This document shows, piece after piece, positions 17,330 through 27,259 of a stretch of DNA of 34,671 bases (within the stretch, counting starts at the first letter, position 1; each line of letters opens with the position of its first letter). The translations under genes and the position numbers were made by a program. The DNA comes from a virus (lineage: Duplodnaviria > Caudoviricetes): the IMG/VR virus record IMGVR_UViG_3300046779_000127, positions 1 through 34,671 of that record, one strand, 5' to 3'. Below the pieces are notes generated by a model. It did no database searches, was not told where the DNA came from, and worked only from the letters and a program-made list of their open reading frames with translations.

Positions 17330-20173
17330 TTATGGCGCAATGATTAGCTTGTTGCTGACAGTCAGAGCCCCGGTTGAGGGATTAAATGACAGTTTAGTTG
17401 AGGATACTTTTTGCGGCAAATTACCAGTGTTTGCGGTCACCCAGGTCGGATAAACCGTGGCATTGGTAGTCGTGTCATCTGTAATCGCCGTGTTGGTGGC
17501 GTTGGTTGCAGTCGTTGCAGATGTTGCACTTGTTGCGGTTGCTGCGTTGCCACCGATGGACAGGCTAGATGCCGTACCCGTCAAACCCGTACCTGCTCCG
17601 CTAAACGATGTTGCACTCAGTACGCCAGTTGACGGGACAAACGACAGCTTTGTCGAGGCAGTCTTGACAGGCAGATTGCCCGTTGTGGTTGATACCCAAG
17701 CCGGGTAAACAGATGTCGCCGTAGTCGTGTCATCCGTAACACCCACGTTCACGGCGTTTGTGGCGTTGGTAACGGCAGTCGTGCCGATCACAGCAACCAC
17801 TTGGGCGGCTGTTGCGGCGCTAAAAGCAGCCGTTCCATTGCCGTAAGCCAATCCCGTCAGAGTCGTAACACCTGTCCCGCCATTGCCAACCGCAACCGTT
17901 CCGGTCACGTTTAGAGCAGTCCCGCCAATAGACAGACCAGAGGCAGTCCCGGTCAAGCCAGTACCCGCGCCGGTAAACGATGTGGCTGTCAAAATGCCCG
18001 TAGAAGGGTTAAATTGCAGCTTGGTAGAACTAACGTATTCGGTGGTCAGATTACCAGCCGTAACAGACGCAAACAGCGGATAACGGGTCGCGTTTGTGGT
18101 CGTGTCGTCCGTCACCGTGGCGTAAGCCGTGGGCGTTGTCCAGGTCGGGGCGCTTGATCCGTTGGAGGTTAAGACTTGTCCTGAAGTGCCAGCAGCGACA
18201 AAAGATGTAGCGCCAGCACCAGACTGATAGGGAACATAACCAGCGCCGCCACCAGCGAGATTGGTCGCGGTTCCAACCGAAACGGTACTGGAGGCAACGT
18301 TTTTCCAATATTGGAGGGCTGAATCGTATTGAAGCAATGACCCGTCTGTTGGAGTTCCCGTGATCTGGACGTTTTGGTCTGTGCCGCCAAGCTGCGAACC
18401 CGGAAACAGGGAGACATACATTGACCCCGATCCACCAGAGCCGTTGTTGATGACAATACCAACTTCAGCCTTCAGGTTAGGCGCAGAGGGCTTAGTAGCG
18501 GTTAGCGCACCACCACCCGCCGGGTCGTACCAAAGCGTGTCATTGTTGTTGTAGGCAGAAAGGTTAAATCCTTTCACAACACCCTGAACAACAACCCGAC
18601 CAAAGCTACCGGATGCAATCGGCTCACAGGCAATTCCAACGATGGCATTCCCGTCCGTCAGACCTGCGGTTGATGGGCCAAACTGGATCACGCCAGACGC
18701 ACCAACCACGCCGGTTTTGATGATGACCTGACCAATAGAGATGGCAGAAGATGCTTTGCCGTAGGTATAGACGACCTCACCCACAGGCATTACGAGACTA
18801 GCGCCACCATCCAAGCCAACGCTCAAACCGCCTGTGTTATTCCAGTAGAGTTTCCCGTAAGCGTAAGTCGCACCTGCCGAAACATTCAGTTGCAAATAAT
18901 CAGCGCCCAAGTTGGTCAACCCGGTTGCCGTTCCACCCGTAATCGCCACGCTACTAGCGTTCTGGGTAGACATGGTTCCCAACCCGGTAATTGCGGTGTT
19001 CGGGATGGTTGTGGAAGCTGTTACAGCACTTGTATCGTTGCCGTAGAGGTATCCGGTCAGACCAAGCGTTTTAAGCGTTCCTACAGCGATTGAGCCACCC
19101 GTAATGGCTACGTTGTTGGCGTCCTGCGTGGACATCGTGCCCAGGCCGGTTATATCCGTGTTCGGGATCGTGGCAACAGTCGAAAACGCCGTGGTTCCGT
19201 TGGCTTTCAAATAGCCAGCAGTAAACGTTGTCGCACCCGTACCACCATAGCCAACGCCAATCGTAGAACCGTTCCAAGTTCCTGCAGTTAACGTCCCAAC
19301 ACCCGTAATTCCGGTGTAAGAACCAGAGATTCTGGCGGTATCAATCGTCCCAGACGTTATCTGAGAGGCGGCAATTGCAATCGATGTGTCGGTAACAGAG
19401 GTCAGTTGACCCTGTGCATTAACCGCAAAAACCGGCACAGATGACGCAGAACCATAGGTTGCAGCGGTTACACCTGTGTTTGTGATGCTAAAAACGTAGT
19501 TATTTAGCGTTAATCCAGTACCAGCAGAATACAGAGCATTGACGCTGAAATAAGACCAATTGATTGCCGTTACACCAAGCGTTCCGCCTGGTTGAGCAGG
19601 GCAATACCAAGCAGTTCCACCCAAAGTCGCGCCGGTTTCAATGAAAACGACAGCGGAAACTAATTCATCCCATGTGTTGGCGTCTGCCGATCTAGTCCAA
19701 GGGCCAGAACTAACGACATAAATACCGTTGTCGGCTGCGGCAACCTGGTTCTTGACCAGAATACGCATTCCAGCGGTCAAAGAAGCAAGCCACTCACCTC
19801 CTGCCTGAGTCCCAAGGCCAGAAAGCGTGATGTCTGCGGTTGTCCCGTAGTTAACGGGCGGCTTCCAGGCAATGCCAGCAACGTAGGCGTCAACATATTG
19901 CTTGTTTGCTATGTCGTTGTTGGCTGACGGAAGCGTTGAAATCGTGCCAGTTGTCGTGGCGATATTAGTGAAAACCCCAGTAGAGGGTGTCGTAGCGCCG
20001 ATCGTTGTGCTGTTGATCGTGCTATTTGTAATGTTTAACCCAGATTGGCTTGGGTTAACAGTCGCATAGAACGGCTGACCCTGCCCAATAAATGTCTGAA
20101 AAGTCCCATCTACGGCGAAATACGCCTGAACGGGGAGCAGATTCTGGTCACTTGATTGCGCGGGGTCAGCCAT
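17330..20173 (-). CDS. Long Thr/Gly/Ala-rich fibre-like structural protein (947 aa) with internal repeats
   Basis: ANKQYVD, RILVKNQ...NGIY, 2x ITGLGTMSTQ(D/N)AxxVAITGG, 3x TDDTTTxxxxYP modules. Confidence 0.8.
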   Translation of the reverse strand: MADPAQSSDQNLLPVQAYFAVDGTFQTFIGQGQPFYATVNPSQSGLNITNSTINSTTIGATTPSTGVFTNIATTTGTISTLPSANNDIANKQYVDAYVAGIAWKPPVNYGTTADITLSGLGTQAGGEWLASLTAGMRILVKNQVAAADNGIYVVSSGPWTRSADANTWDELVSAVVFIETGATLGGTAWYCPAQPGGTLGVTAINWSYFSVNALYSAGTGLTLNNYVFSITNTGVTAATYGSASSVPVFAVNAQGQLTSVTDTSIAIAASQITSGTIDTARISGSYTGITGVGTLTAGTWNGSTIGVGYGGTGATTFTAGYLKANGTTAFSTVATIPNTDITGLGTMSTQDANNVAITGGSIAVGTLKTLGLTGYLYGNDTSAVTASTTIPNTAITGLGTMSTQNASSVAITGGTATGLTNLGADYLQLNVSAGATYAYGKLYWNNTGGLSVGLDGGASLVMPVGEVVYTYGKASSAISIGQVIIKTGVVGASGVIQFGPSTAGLTDGNAIVGIACEPIASGSFGRVVVQGVVKGFNLSAYNNNDTLWYDPAGGGALTATKPSAPNLKAEVGIVINNGSGGSGSMYVSLFPGSQLGGTDQNVQITGTPTDGSLLQYDSALQYWKNVASSTVSVGTATNLAGGGAGYVPYQSGAGATSFVAAGTSGQVLTSNGSSAPTWTTPTAYATVTDDTTTNATRYPLFASVTAGNLTTEYVSSTKLQFNPSTGILTATSFTGAGTGLTGTASGLSIGGTALNVTGTVAVGNGGTGVTTLTGLAYGNGTAAFSAATAAQVVAVIGTTAVTNATNAVNVGVTDDTTTATSVYPAWVSTTTGNLPVKTASTKLSFVPSTGVLSATSFSGAGTGLTGTASSLSIGGNAATATSATSATTATNATNTAITDDTTTNATVYPTWVTANTGNLPQKVSSTKLSFNPSTGALTVSNKLIIAP

Positions 20174-20177
20174 ATTC

Positions 20178-20528
20178 TTACGATTGATCTGCTGCGGGAG
20201 TTACATACAGGGTAGTGCTGTCACTACCGCCACAAATCGCCGACAAGTAATAAGGCGTTGTCGGGGTCGCAAGGATCAACGGCATAACCATGTTCCCAGG
20301 GAGAACAAAGTCACCGTTTGTGCCATCCGTGGGAAACACCGGGGTTCCGACATTAGCGTCAGTTGTACCCCAACGAATCGCACACGGCTTGGTTCCAACA
20401 TTCAGGAAACTGGTGTAGTTCACCTGGTCGTTGGTGTTGTCGTTAATCACAACGTTGGCGTGAGCCGAGGCCGTGACTGCAAGGGCTACTGTAACCCCTG
20501 CATTACGCTGGACTGTAGACGATGCCAT
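20178..20528 (-). CDS. Hypothetical structural protein (116 aa, MASSTVQRNAG...)
   Basis: ATG 1 nt after the upstream stop; beta-rich; lies in the head-gene region. Confidence 0.7.
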   Translation of the reverse strand: MASSTVQRNAGVTVALAVTASAHANVVINDNTNDQVNYTSFLNVGTKPCAIRWGTTDANVGTPVFPTDGTNGDFVLPGNMVMPLILATPTTPYYLSAICGGSDSTTLYVTPAADQS

Positions 20529-20529
20529 T

Positions 20530-20856
20530 TTAGACAGCGTTGGAGGCCAACGGCAACGATTCTGCGCGGTCAACCACAACGGTATAAGTACCAGCGGCAG
20601 CAGAGGCCGAGGAACCCGTAGCGTTGATGAATTGAATCGTCAGGGTGTTAGCGGCAGAAACGTAAGCGTTAGCAATGCCAACACCAGTGGTTTGAGCAGC
20701 GGGGAGGGTAACGGAAACGGCATCACCAACTTGCAGACCGGGGACGGTCACGTTCTTGGATGCGCCAGAGGTGGCAACAGTCGTTGCGGTGACAGAAACA
20801 CCCATCACGAACGAATTAAGGATGTTTCCACGCAAAACGGTGGTTTGCAGAGCCAT
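20530..20856 (-). CDS. Small beta-rich virion protein (decoration/cement candidate)
   Basis: AAGGAG RBS; Ala/Thr/Val-rich, VTVPGLQVGDAV. Confidence 0.7.
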   Translation of the reverse strand: MALQTTVLRGNILNSFVMGVSVTATTVATSGASKNVTVPGLQVGDAVSVTLPAAQTTGVGIANAYVSAANTLTIQFINATGSSASAAAGTYTVVVDRAESLPLASNAV

Positions 20857-20887
20857 GATTTCTCCTTAGAGATGATTGATTTTAACC

Positions 20888-20929
20888 AGAAAAAGAGAAA
20901 AAGCCACCCCTTTTTGAGAGGCGGCTTTT
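20888..20929 (-). terminator. Rho-independent terminator after the coat/decoration genes
   Basis: Minus strand AAAAGCCGCCTCT-CAAAA-AGGGGTGGCTTTT (G-U pairs work on this strand) followed by TCTCTTTTT. Confidence 0.85.
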
Positions 20930-20947
20930 CTGCTTCATCGCGGCTGA

Positions 20948-21250
20948 TTAAGCAGCGATAAGACCCAAAGCCTTCAGCGCGGCAACAACGTCACCAACCG
21001 TGTAGGCAGTCGAGCCAGAACCGCCAGTGAACGTGGTGTTCACATAGACAGCCGTGGTCGAACCAGCAGCGGAGGTCGTAACGTTACCGGAAGCGGTAGG
21101 TTGGGTCGAGCCGGTAGCACCAAAGAAGGAAACCAAACCGCCGTTGGGGGCGATTGCGGTTCCGTCAGTGCTGTCACCATCAATCAGATAGTGGGGGCTG
21201 GTGGTAACGGCAGGGCCGTTGTTGGTGTAGGTAGTAGGAGACAAAGCCAT
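20948..21250 (-). CDS. Head decoration/head fibre-like protein
   Basis: Immediately after the coat gene and before the terminator; VSFFGAT...DVVAALKALGLIA ending. Confidence 0.65.
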   Translation of the reverse strand: MALSPTTYTNNGPAVTTSPHYLIDGDSTDGTAIAPNGGLVSFFGATGSTQPTASGNVTTSAAGSTTAVYVNTTFTGGSGSTAYTVGDVVAALKALGLIAA

Positions 21251-21267
21251 GATTTATTCCCTTTCAA

Positions 21268-22506
21268 TTAAGCTGCGACACGGCAAGCGAGTTCGGGGTA
21301 CAGAGGAGCCCAACCGTACAACACATCCAGACGAGTCGGGATAGAGTCGTTGTTGATCGTGTACTGGCGAACCACACGCATCGACAGGCCGATTTCCTTG
21401 TCGGAAGCGCGACCGGCGAAATGCACACCTTCCGGCAGTTCCAGATCAGCCACTGCCAGCGTGAACGCATTGCGGTGCATGATGATGTTCTGCGGAGAAA
21501 CCGTACCCGTCTTGTTGAAGAAGTTAACGGTAGCCGTAGAGGAGGTGCTAGGAATCGTCACGTTCTGGAATTGACCAGCGGTGATGACTGCGGGGCTGAC
21601 GGTCACGTTGAAGGTTGCGCCAGTGCCAGAGGCAGCGGCTTTCACCACAAAGTTACGCAGCTTGTTCGAGCCGTAGGCTTGACGGTTCTGGGGGTTAACA
21701 GCGTACACGCCATCAATCGTAATCACATCGCCAGCGTTCAGGGAAACTGCGCCGGTAGAGGTGATGCTGATCGTGGAGGACGATGCCCAACCAGAGGTCA
21801 GGAAGCCCGTGGCAGCGGTCGTGGAGCACACAGCCGTACCAGCGAACGAACCGAACGTCTGGGAAACCACGTTCTGATCCATCTTCCAGTTCATGCCAGC
21901 AGAGTCACGGCCCATCAGACCTTTACGGTACTGCTCGCCAATGGCTTCCTGGGGAACGAACAGACCTTTCAGGCTGTCAACAATGGTTGCGCTCGTGAAC
22001 GGTTCAACAATACACGAACGGCGACCATCGCGGGGTGCGCCTTCAGCGTCCAGATACGCACCTGCGGTCAGGTAGGTAATCAGGCCGGTGGGGGGCGTGC
22101 CAGCAGTACCAACGATGTTGGCGGTTTGCAGGGTAGCCATCGACAGACCGTCACGGTCAATTTTGTTGGCGATAGCGGCAACGGCGGGCTTCAGCACGCG
22201 ATCCGAGAACATATCCAGAGACAGAGCCAGGTCTTGAGTCGTGAACTGGGTGTCAACGTGGAATTGGGTGCTCAGGGTCACGGGCACGCTCGTCTCGTTG
22301 AAATCTTCAACGTTCAGGGCGGGGCCAGTCGTACCGATGAAACGACCTGGACGGCGAACGTTGACCGTGTTACCGATCTTCGCGCCGACCACAGCAAACT
22401 GGTCGTCATAATTGCGGTCTACTTCACTGGTGAAGGTCAACTCGTTTTCCAAGACCATCAACGCTTCGTTGGTGATCTTGCTAATAGTTAGCAAGGTATT
22501 TGACAT
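21268..22506 (-). CDS. Major capsid protein, P22 coat (gp5) family
   Basis: MSNTLLTISKITNEALMVLEN, KIGNTVNVRRP, IANKID, RLDVLYG; AAGGA RBS. Confidence 0.93.
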   Translation of the reverse strand: MSNTLLTISKITNEALMVLENELTFTSEVDRNYDDQFAVVGAKIGNTVNVRRPGRFIGTTGPALNVEDFNETSVPVTLSTQFHVDTQFTTQDLALSLDMFSDRVLKPAVAAIANKIDRDGLSMATLQTANIVGTAGTPPTGLITYLTAGAYLDAEGAPRDGRRSCIVEPFTSATIVDSLKGLFVPQEAIGEQYRKGLMGRDSAGMNWKMDQNVVSQTFGSFAGTAVCSTTAATGFLTSGWASSSTISITSTGAVSLNAGDVITIDGVYAVNPQNRQAYGSNKLRNFVVKAAASGTGATFNVTVSPAVITAGQFQNVTIPSTSSTATVNFFNKTGTVSPQNIIMHRNAFTLAVADLELPEGVHFAGRASDKEIGLSMRVVRQYTINNDSIPTRLDVLYGWAPLYPELACRVAA

Positions 22507-22530
22507 TTGGTTTCCTTAAAAAGATTAGGT

Positions 22531-23427
22531 TTACCGAATCTTCCCGGCTCTCCTTGCTTGCTTCCAGGCTTGGTAACTGCCTTCCCATACACCATCGCTG
22601 GACATAGGGACATCTACTGCGCCTTTGCTTGCTCGGATCGGCCTGATAGGTTCGGGGGCTTTGCTTTTGACTACAGGAGCGCTCGTTTCTTGGGGTTTAG
22701 CCTCAAAACGTGCCTCAAGTTTTCCAATTTCTCTTAATGCGCTGATCGGAGGCAATTTGGCAATCTTCTGGGCAATTTCAGGATTCTCAGCCAGGTGATA
22801 CAGAAGTTTTGCACCGTGATCGCTGTCCATAATCGCATCGCGTACATGGTCAGGAACGACCACATCGCTAGAGGCAACCATGTCATCAAAGTCGGGCAAC
22901 TCATCCTTAACAGCATTCACCTTCTCGGCCCAAGTTTTCACAAACTTTTCCCGTTCGGTTTCCTGCTTCATCTGCTGAATCTTCAAATTTGCTGTGTACT
23001 CGGCTAGAGCTTCAGCATATTCAAAAGCATCCTTGAATTGCTCTGGTCGGGGTTTGTTGTCGCTAGGTTGCTGCACTTGTGGTGCGGCTTTCTGCTCTAA
23101 CTGCCTCAACCGATCTTCCAGTTGCATCCTCGCTTCACGTTCCCGTTGCGCTTCTTTACGCGCTTCTTCCCGTTGGCGAGTTATTTCCGAAAAACGCTTT
23201 TCAAGTTTTGGATTTTGCTTGCGTTCCTCCTGCGGTTTTGCGGCGTCTGCTTCAGTAGGTTCACTCCCTTCACCCTCTGCAACCGGCTCTGTTTCGGCTG
23301 GCGTTTCTGCCTTTTCCTCAACAGCCACAGCCTCAGTTGGCTTTTCGGCTAAACCTAATCTCTCTGCATAAAAATCCGCTGCGTTTTCGCTAGTTACAAC
23401 CGAACTAGCACTTTTTTCTTCAGACAT
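22531..23427 (-). CDS. Scaffolding protein
   Basis: Between portal and coat; acidic N-terminus, KRFSEITRQR coiled coil, basic C-terminus RRAGKIR; ATG at 23427. Confidence 0.85.
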   Translation of the reverse strand: MSEEKSASSVVTSENAADFYAERLGLAEKPTEAVAVEEKAETPAETEPVAEGEGSEPTEADAAKPQEERKQNPKLEKRFSEITRQREEARKEAQREREARMQLEDRLRQLEQKAAPQVQQPSDNKPRPEQFKDAFEYAEALAEYTANLKIQQMKQETEREKFVKTWAEKVNAVKDELPDFDDMVASSDVVVPDHVRDAIMDSDHGAKLLYHLAENPEIAQKIAKLPPISALREIGKLEARFEAKPQETSAPVVKSKAPEPIRPIRASKGAVDVPMSSDGVWEGSYQAWKQARRAGKIR

Positions 23428-23494
23428 AGGTATTACCCTAAGAATTAGCCCCGTGAAACCCACGGGTAGGTTTGGTCAATATAGACCGAATTGG

Positions 23495-25618
23495 TTACTG
23501 CGTCAATCCACCTGTAAACGGATTAGCACCATGCTCAATGTCTTGGGCGGCTAGTTGGGCATACCCCATCTGCTCGGCGTTCCTGCGGTCAATCTCCGCA
23601 TTCAGGCGTGCCGTGTCCATGTTGTGCAACAGAAGCTGAACAATTGCGTCAATTTCCGTCTTATTCTGGGACGTAATCGAGCGAGTATTTTGGTCGTTGA
23701 CCCGCACTTCTGCCATCGTTTCGGTATTGTGGGCGCGTGCCGTGACATCCATGAGTTTGCGCTTGGTTTCGGCGTCTTGCTTGACCTGCTCAATGTCTTG
23801 GCGCTGTTTCATTGCCATCTGCATAGCTTGCATCTGCTGTTGCATCTGCTGGACTTGCGCTTGGGCTTGTTTGAGTTGCATCTGAACCTGGGGCGGCACA
23901 TCAGACTTTTCGTCAATCTGGGCCAACGGATTCAGGGCAGCAAGGCGATCTGCAATCATGTCTGCGCCGGGGAAATCCATGTTGCGGAACACCAGGTCAG
24001 AAGCGGCGTTGAACAGTTCGCTATTGCCCGACAGAAGCGGCATCATGGCTTCCACAGCCTCCTGGCGCTTAGAGTTGTAGCCTGGGCCGGTTTCCATCAC
24101 CACATCGTAGCGACCAACCGTAACGTCATTCAGCACCTTGCCAACTGCGTCCTTCTCATTCACCGTAATCATCTCAGGCTTGCCATCGTCACCAATGATC
24201 CGCAGCACCCGTTGGGTGTCATAGATCGTGGGAACTAGGTCAAGGATGATCCGGGCAACGTGAGCCAGGGATTTAGTCAGGTTGTCGTAGAAGTCAAAGT
24301 TCGTCAGGTCAATCTGCTGTTGTTGACCGTTCAATGCCTTGCCAGAGATATTGCCTTGCTTCAGTTGCGCCGGGTCAAAGATGCCCATCAGAGTCTTGAT
24401 GTCATCATCAATCGCAACCGTGGCCTGCATGATGCCGTTGGCTGGCGGCTCGGGCTGAAGGCGTTGGGGCGCAGGGGCGGCGCGTCCGTCAATGTCCGTT
24501 TGCTTGTACCGCAGGACGGGGTAAGACTTAACGTTAGCCTGTGCCCAATCGTTTTCGTGGCCCTCGTCCTGGCCCTCTGCCATAAGCCATTTGGCCTTAG
24601 GAGCAAGCGCCACAGATTCGGTCAGGCTGGTCTGCCAGAAGTTATACATCCGTTGGGCGTCTTTGCCGTGACGCACCATGCCAAACTTCTTACGCTTGTC
24701 GCCAATAACGACATGACGACCATAAACAGGAATAACCGGGATGTAGCGACCTGGGAAAACCTTTTCCTCAAGCACCTCGATGGCAGTCAGCTTGCACCAG
24801 CGGATTTCCTTCTTGACGGTGCGGCGGCGGTCAACGATGGAGATGCCAGCGGTTGCAAGAACTTCGTCTGAGGGCAGTTCCTCTTTGTAAACCGTAGTCC
24901 CATCCGACAACATGATGAGTTCGGTTTCCTTACGAACCGTGTAGAAGTATTCAGCAAGGCGAATGTCCTCCTTGGTGATCCATTCGGATTGGGCATCACC
25001 CGTCCCGCGCTGCTGAAAGGAATCAACCTCTGCGTCAGGATATTGGTCAGAGAACGCCTTTTTGCTCATCATGGTGGTGATAAGCACGCGCTCGGCATCC
25101 GATCCGTCAGGCAGGATACTGTTTGGGTCGTAATAGACGGTGAACGGGTTGTCTACCGGGTCGATGTAGATTTCCTGCTCAAACGTATCCTCAGACAAGT
25201 AATCGGTACGCAGACGGATATAGCCCCAACCCATGCGAACAGCATAGTCAACGGCATTGTCGTAGGCGTTGTCTGCGTTGGAATTGGCCTCGATGTGGCG
25301 AATAATGCCTTGGAGGACTTGGGCAACCTTGGAGTCGGCCTGGGAGTTCATCCCATGAACCTTGGGACGGGGGCGTTGTTGCCTGATCTGGTTGACCACC
25401 TGGCGGCAGTAACCGTCAAGTTTGTTAATAGTCAGAACGGGGCGGGATTCTAGGTTTCGGCTGTTTTGCAGTTCAACGGGCCATTGGTCGCCGTTAACGA
25501 ACTTCAAATCCTCTAATCCCTCTTGCCGATTCATAGTGTCTGAATCGTTGGCAAGTTTAAGGAATTGCTTTGCTTCCTCGATTAGAGGGTTGTAATCGCT
25601 ACCGTTTTCTTCAGCCAT
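23495..25618 (-). CDS. Portal protein, P22-like
   Basis: 707 aa after TerL; GDQW, RPVLTINKL, YIPVIPVYG, KDAQRMYN, Gln-rich C-terminal barrel helix. Confidence 0.93.
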   Translation of the reverse strand: MAEENGSDYNPLIEEAKQFLKLANDSDTMNRQEGLEDLKFVNGDQWPVELQNSRNLESRPVLTINKLDGYCRQVVNQIRQQRPRPKVHGMNSQADSKVAQVLQGIIRHIEANSNADNAYDNAVDYAVRMGWGYIRLRTDYLSEDTFEQEIYIDPVDNPFTVYYDPNSILPDGSDAERVLITTMMSKKAFSDQYPDAEVDSFQQRGTGDAQSEWITKEDIRLAEYFYTVRKETELIMLSDGTTVYKEELPSDEVLATAGISIVDRRRTVKKEIRWCKLTAIEVLEEKVFPGRYIPVIPVYGRHVVIGDKRKKFGMVRHGKDAQRMYNFWQTSLTESVALAPKAKWLMAEGQDEGHENDWAQANVKSYPVLRYKQTDIDGRAAPAPQRLQPEPPANGIMQATVAIDDDIKTLMGIFDPAQLKQGNISGKALNGQQQQIDLTNFDFYDNLTKSLAHVARIILDLVPTIYDTQRVLRIIGDDGKPEMITVNEKDAVGKVLNDVTVGRYDVVMETGPGYNSKRQEAVEAMMPLLSGNSELFNAASDLVFRNMDFPGADMIADRLAALNPLAQIDEKSDVPPQVQMQLKQAQAQVQQMQQQMQAMQMAMKQRQDIEQVKQDAETKRKLMDVTARAHNTETMAEVRVNDQNTRSITSQNKTEIDAIVQLLLHNMDTARLNAEIDRRNAEQMGYAQLAAQDIEHGANPFTGGLTQ

Positions 25619-25619
25619 A

Positions 25620-26891
25620 TCAGCCCATCCATCCGTAAGAAAGCGGCGCGTTTTGCAATGGTCTGACCCGCCTTGGTTGTTTGGGTTCGTTCACCATAAG
25701 CCCAATCATCCTGAATGCGTCTGCGCCGTGTGAGTAATGGTCATGCAACGGATTACGGCTGAATTGGCCCGTTTCTGGGTCAACTTCGTACCGATAATGC
25801 CTAAGACATTGTAGACCATCATGGCAATTTTCCCTATCAAACCAGCAATTTCGGAACATTGTTCGGGCAGCGTTGATTGAGTCAGCCACCGGAACCCTGT
25901 CCAGAATCCTTGTTTTGTAGCCTGCCGCTCTGACGATTTCCTCAATGCTTCTGCCGTTTGCTGCCAGCGTTTTATTCTGGGCATCGTGCGGTAGCCACAA
26001 AGTATCGTAAACATAACCGAAAGTCTGCATCTGGGCAAGATACTCAGACATCGTTTTCTGGTTGCCCTCGATGTACCGAATCAGCCTGGTTTCCATTCCA
26101 ATGAACTGAAGGAACCAGATTGCCGTGGCGTCTGCCCATCCCAAGTCAAAGATGGCATGGACGGGCTTCGTGGCGTCATAGCCGACCTTGGTGATTCGGC
26201 CTTCCAGGTCAGCCATCTGCATTTCACGGGCAAAAATAGCCCCGTCTACAGTCTGGCGGCACAGACCTTCCCAGACCACGTTGTAGGCAGCAGGGTCGCG
26301 GTTCTTGAGGCTATCCTTCTCCAACCGCAGGGTTTCAGGAAACCAGGGGTTGTCGTTCCAGTTGATCTTGACCGAAACGCAGTTATCAGGCGGGTTCAGC
26401 ACAAACCGCTGGTAAGTCTCGTCTGTTTCTAGTTCCGGGTTGAAGCTGACCCAGATTTCTGAGCCTTCCTTACGGATTGTCGGGATCAGGACGTTCCAAG
26501 AGTTGCGGCTTACCGTCTGGGCTTCCTCAACCCAACAGATGTCCACGCCCTCATAGGACTTGACGTTGGCTACGTTGTTCTTCAGGCCAACAAAGGCGAA
26601 TTCCGTCCCGTTTTTGCCCCGAATACTGTTCTGGGTAATTTCGTAGAAGTCCAGCAAGCCAATATCAACGATCTGGTCGCACAGCAGCTTGTGGACGGAA
26701 TCCTTGATTGAGGTTTGAAATTCACGGGCGCACAGGATTCGGAGGGGATTCTTTACCCCAAGGATCAGGAGAGCCCTGGCAAATCCCCATGATTTAGCGC
26801 CGCCCCTGCCGCCCCAAGCGCATTTGTACCGGCTTTTGCGGAACAAAAACTCCAGTTTTACTGGAAATTTTACGTCTGCAAAGCTACTCAT
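25620..26891 (-). CDS. terL: Terminase large subunit
   Basis: Walker A GGRGGAKS, CAREFQ, Walker B WVEEAQ, SFNP, nuclease DLG...SHGADAFR. Confidence 0.95.
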   Translation of the reverse strand: MSSFADVKFPVKLEFLFRKSRYKCAWGGRGGAKSWGFARALLILGVKNPLRILCAREFQTSIKDSVHKLLCDQIVDIGLLDFYEITQNSIRGKNGTEFAFVGLKNNVANVKSYEGVDICWVEEAQTVSRNSWNVLIPTIRKEGSEIWVSFNPELETDETYQRFVLNPPDNCVSVKINWNDNPWFPETLRLEKDSLKNRDPAAYNVVWEGLCRQTVDGAIFAREMQMADLEGRITKVGYDATKPVHAIFDLGWADATAIWFLQFIGMETRLIRYIEGNQKTMSEYLAQMQTFGYVYDTLWLPHDAQNKTLAANGRSIEEIVRAAGYKTRILDRVPVADSINAARTMFRNCWFDRENCHDGLQCLRHYRYEVDPETGQFSRNPLHDHYSHGADAFRMIGLMVNEPKQPRRVRPLQNAPLSYGWMG

Positions 26892-27234
26892 TGGGCTTTA
26901 CAAATGAGACTTGAATGCCCTGCAACGGCTCTCCATCAGCACCTGTAAGCTCATTCTTGACCGTTTCAGACCACCGCATTTGGCTTTTCGTCCACCAGAT
27001 CAGGCTGGTTGTGTCGCCAGCCACAGCCTTTTGATATAGCGTCTTGGCAATCTGGCTGTTGGCTTTGGCCTTGCCTGTATCCAATTCTGCCCGGTAATAC
27101 TTCCGCAGCGTCTTGTCATCAATGCCCACCAGAATGGCTATTTGCTCGTGCGGCAAGCCTAATCCGCTGGTGCTTTCAACCAGTTTACGGAATTCATCCG
27201 TTGGAACATGAGGTTCTTGAGGTATTACGGGCAT
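26884..27234 (-). CDS. terS: Terminase small subunit
   Basis: HTH (EQIAILVGIDDKTLRKYY), ELTGADGEPL C-terminal motif; overlaps the terL start. Confidence 0.85.
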   Translation of the reverse strand: MPVIPQEPHVPTDEFRKLVESTSGLGLPHEQIAILVGIDDKTLRKYYRAELDTGKAKANSQIAKTLYQKAVAGDTTSLIWWTKSQMRWSETVKNELTGADGEPLQGIQVSFVKPNE

Positions 27235-27259
27235 TTTATAAAGGGGAACTCGCTAATAT

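Noticed and set aside
15965-20173. Diversity-generating retroelement or invertible tail-fibre cassette
   Set aside because: No reverse transcriptase or invertase gene. The repeats are degenerate protein-level modules, not adenine-specific TR/VR pairs.
21421-22491. 356-aa plus-strand ORF
   Set aside because: Antisense shadow of the capsid gene caused by codon bias. The same applies to the long plus-strand ORFs opposite the portal and ejection genes.
23820-23885. CAG/CAA-rich repeat-like tract in the portal gene
   Set aside because: Encodes the Gln-rich C-terminal helical barrel expected in P22-type portals.
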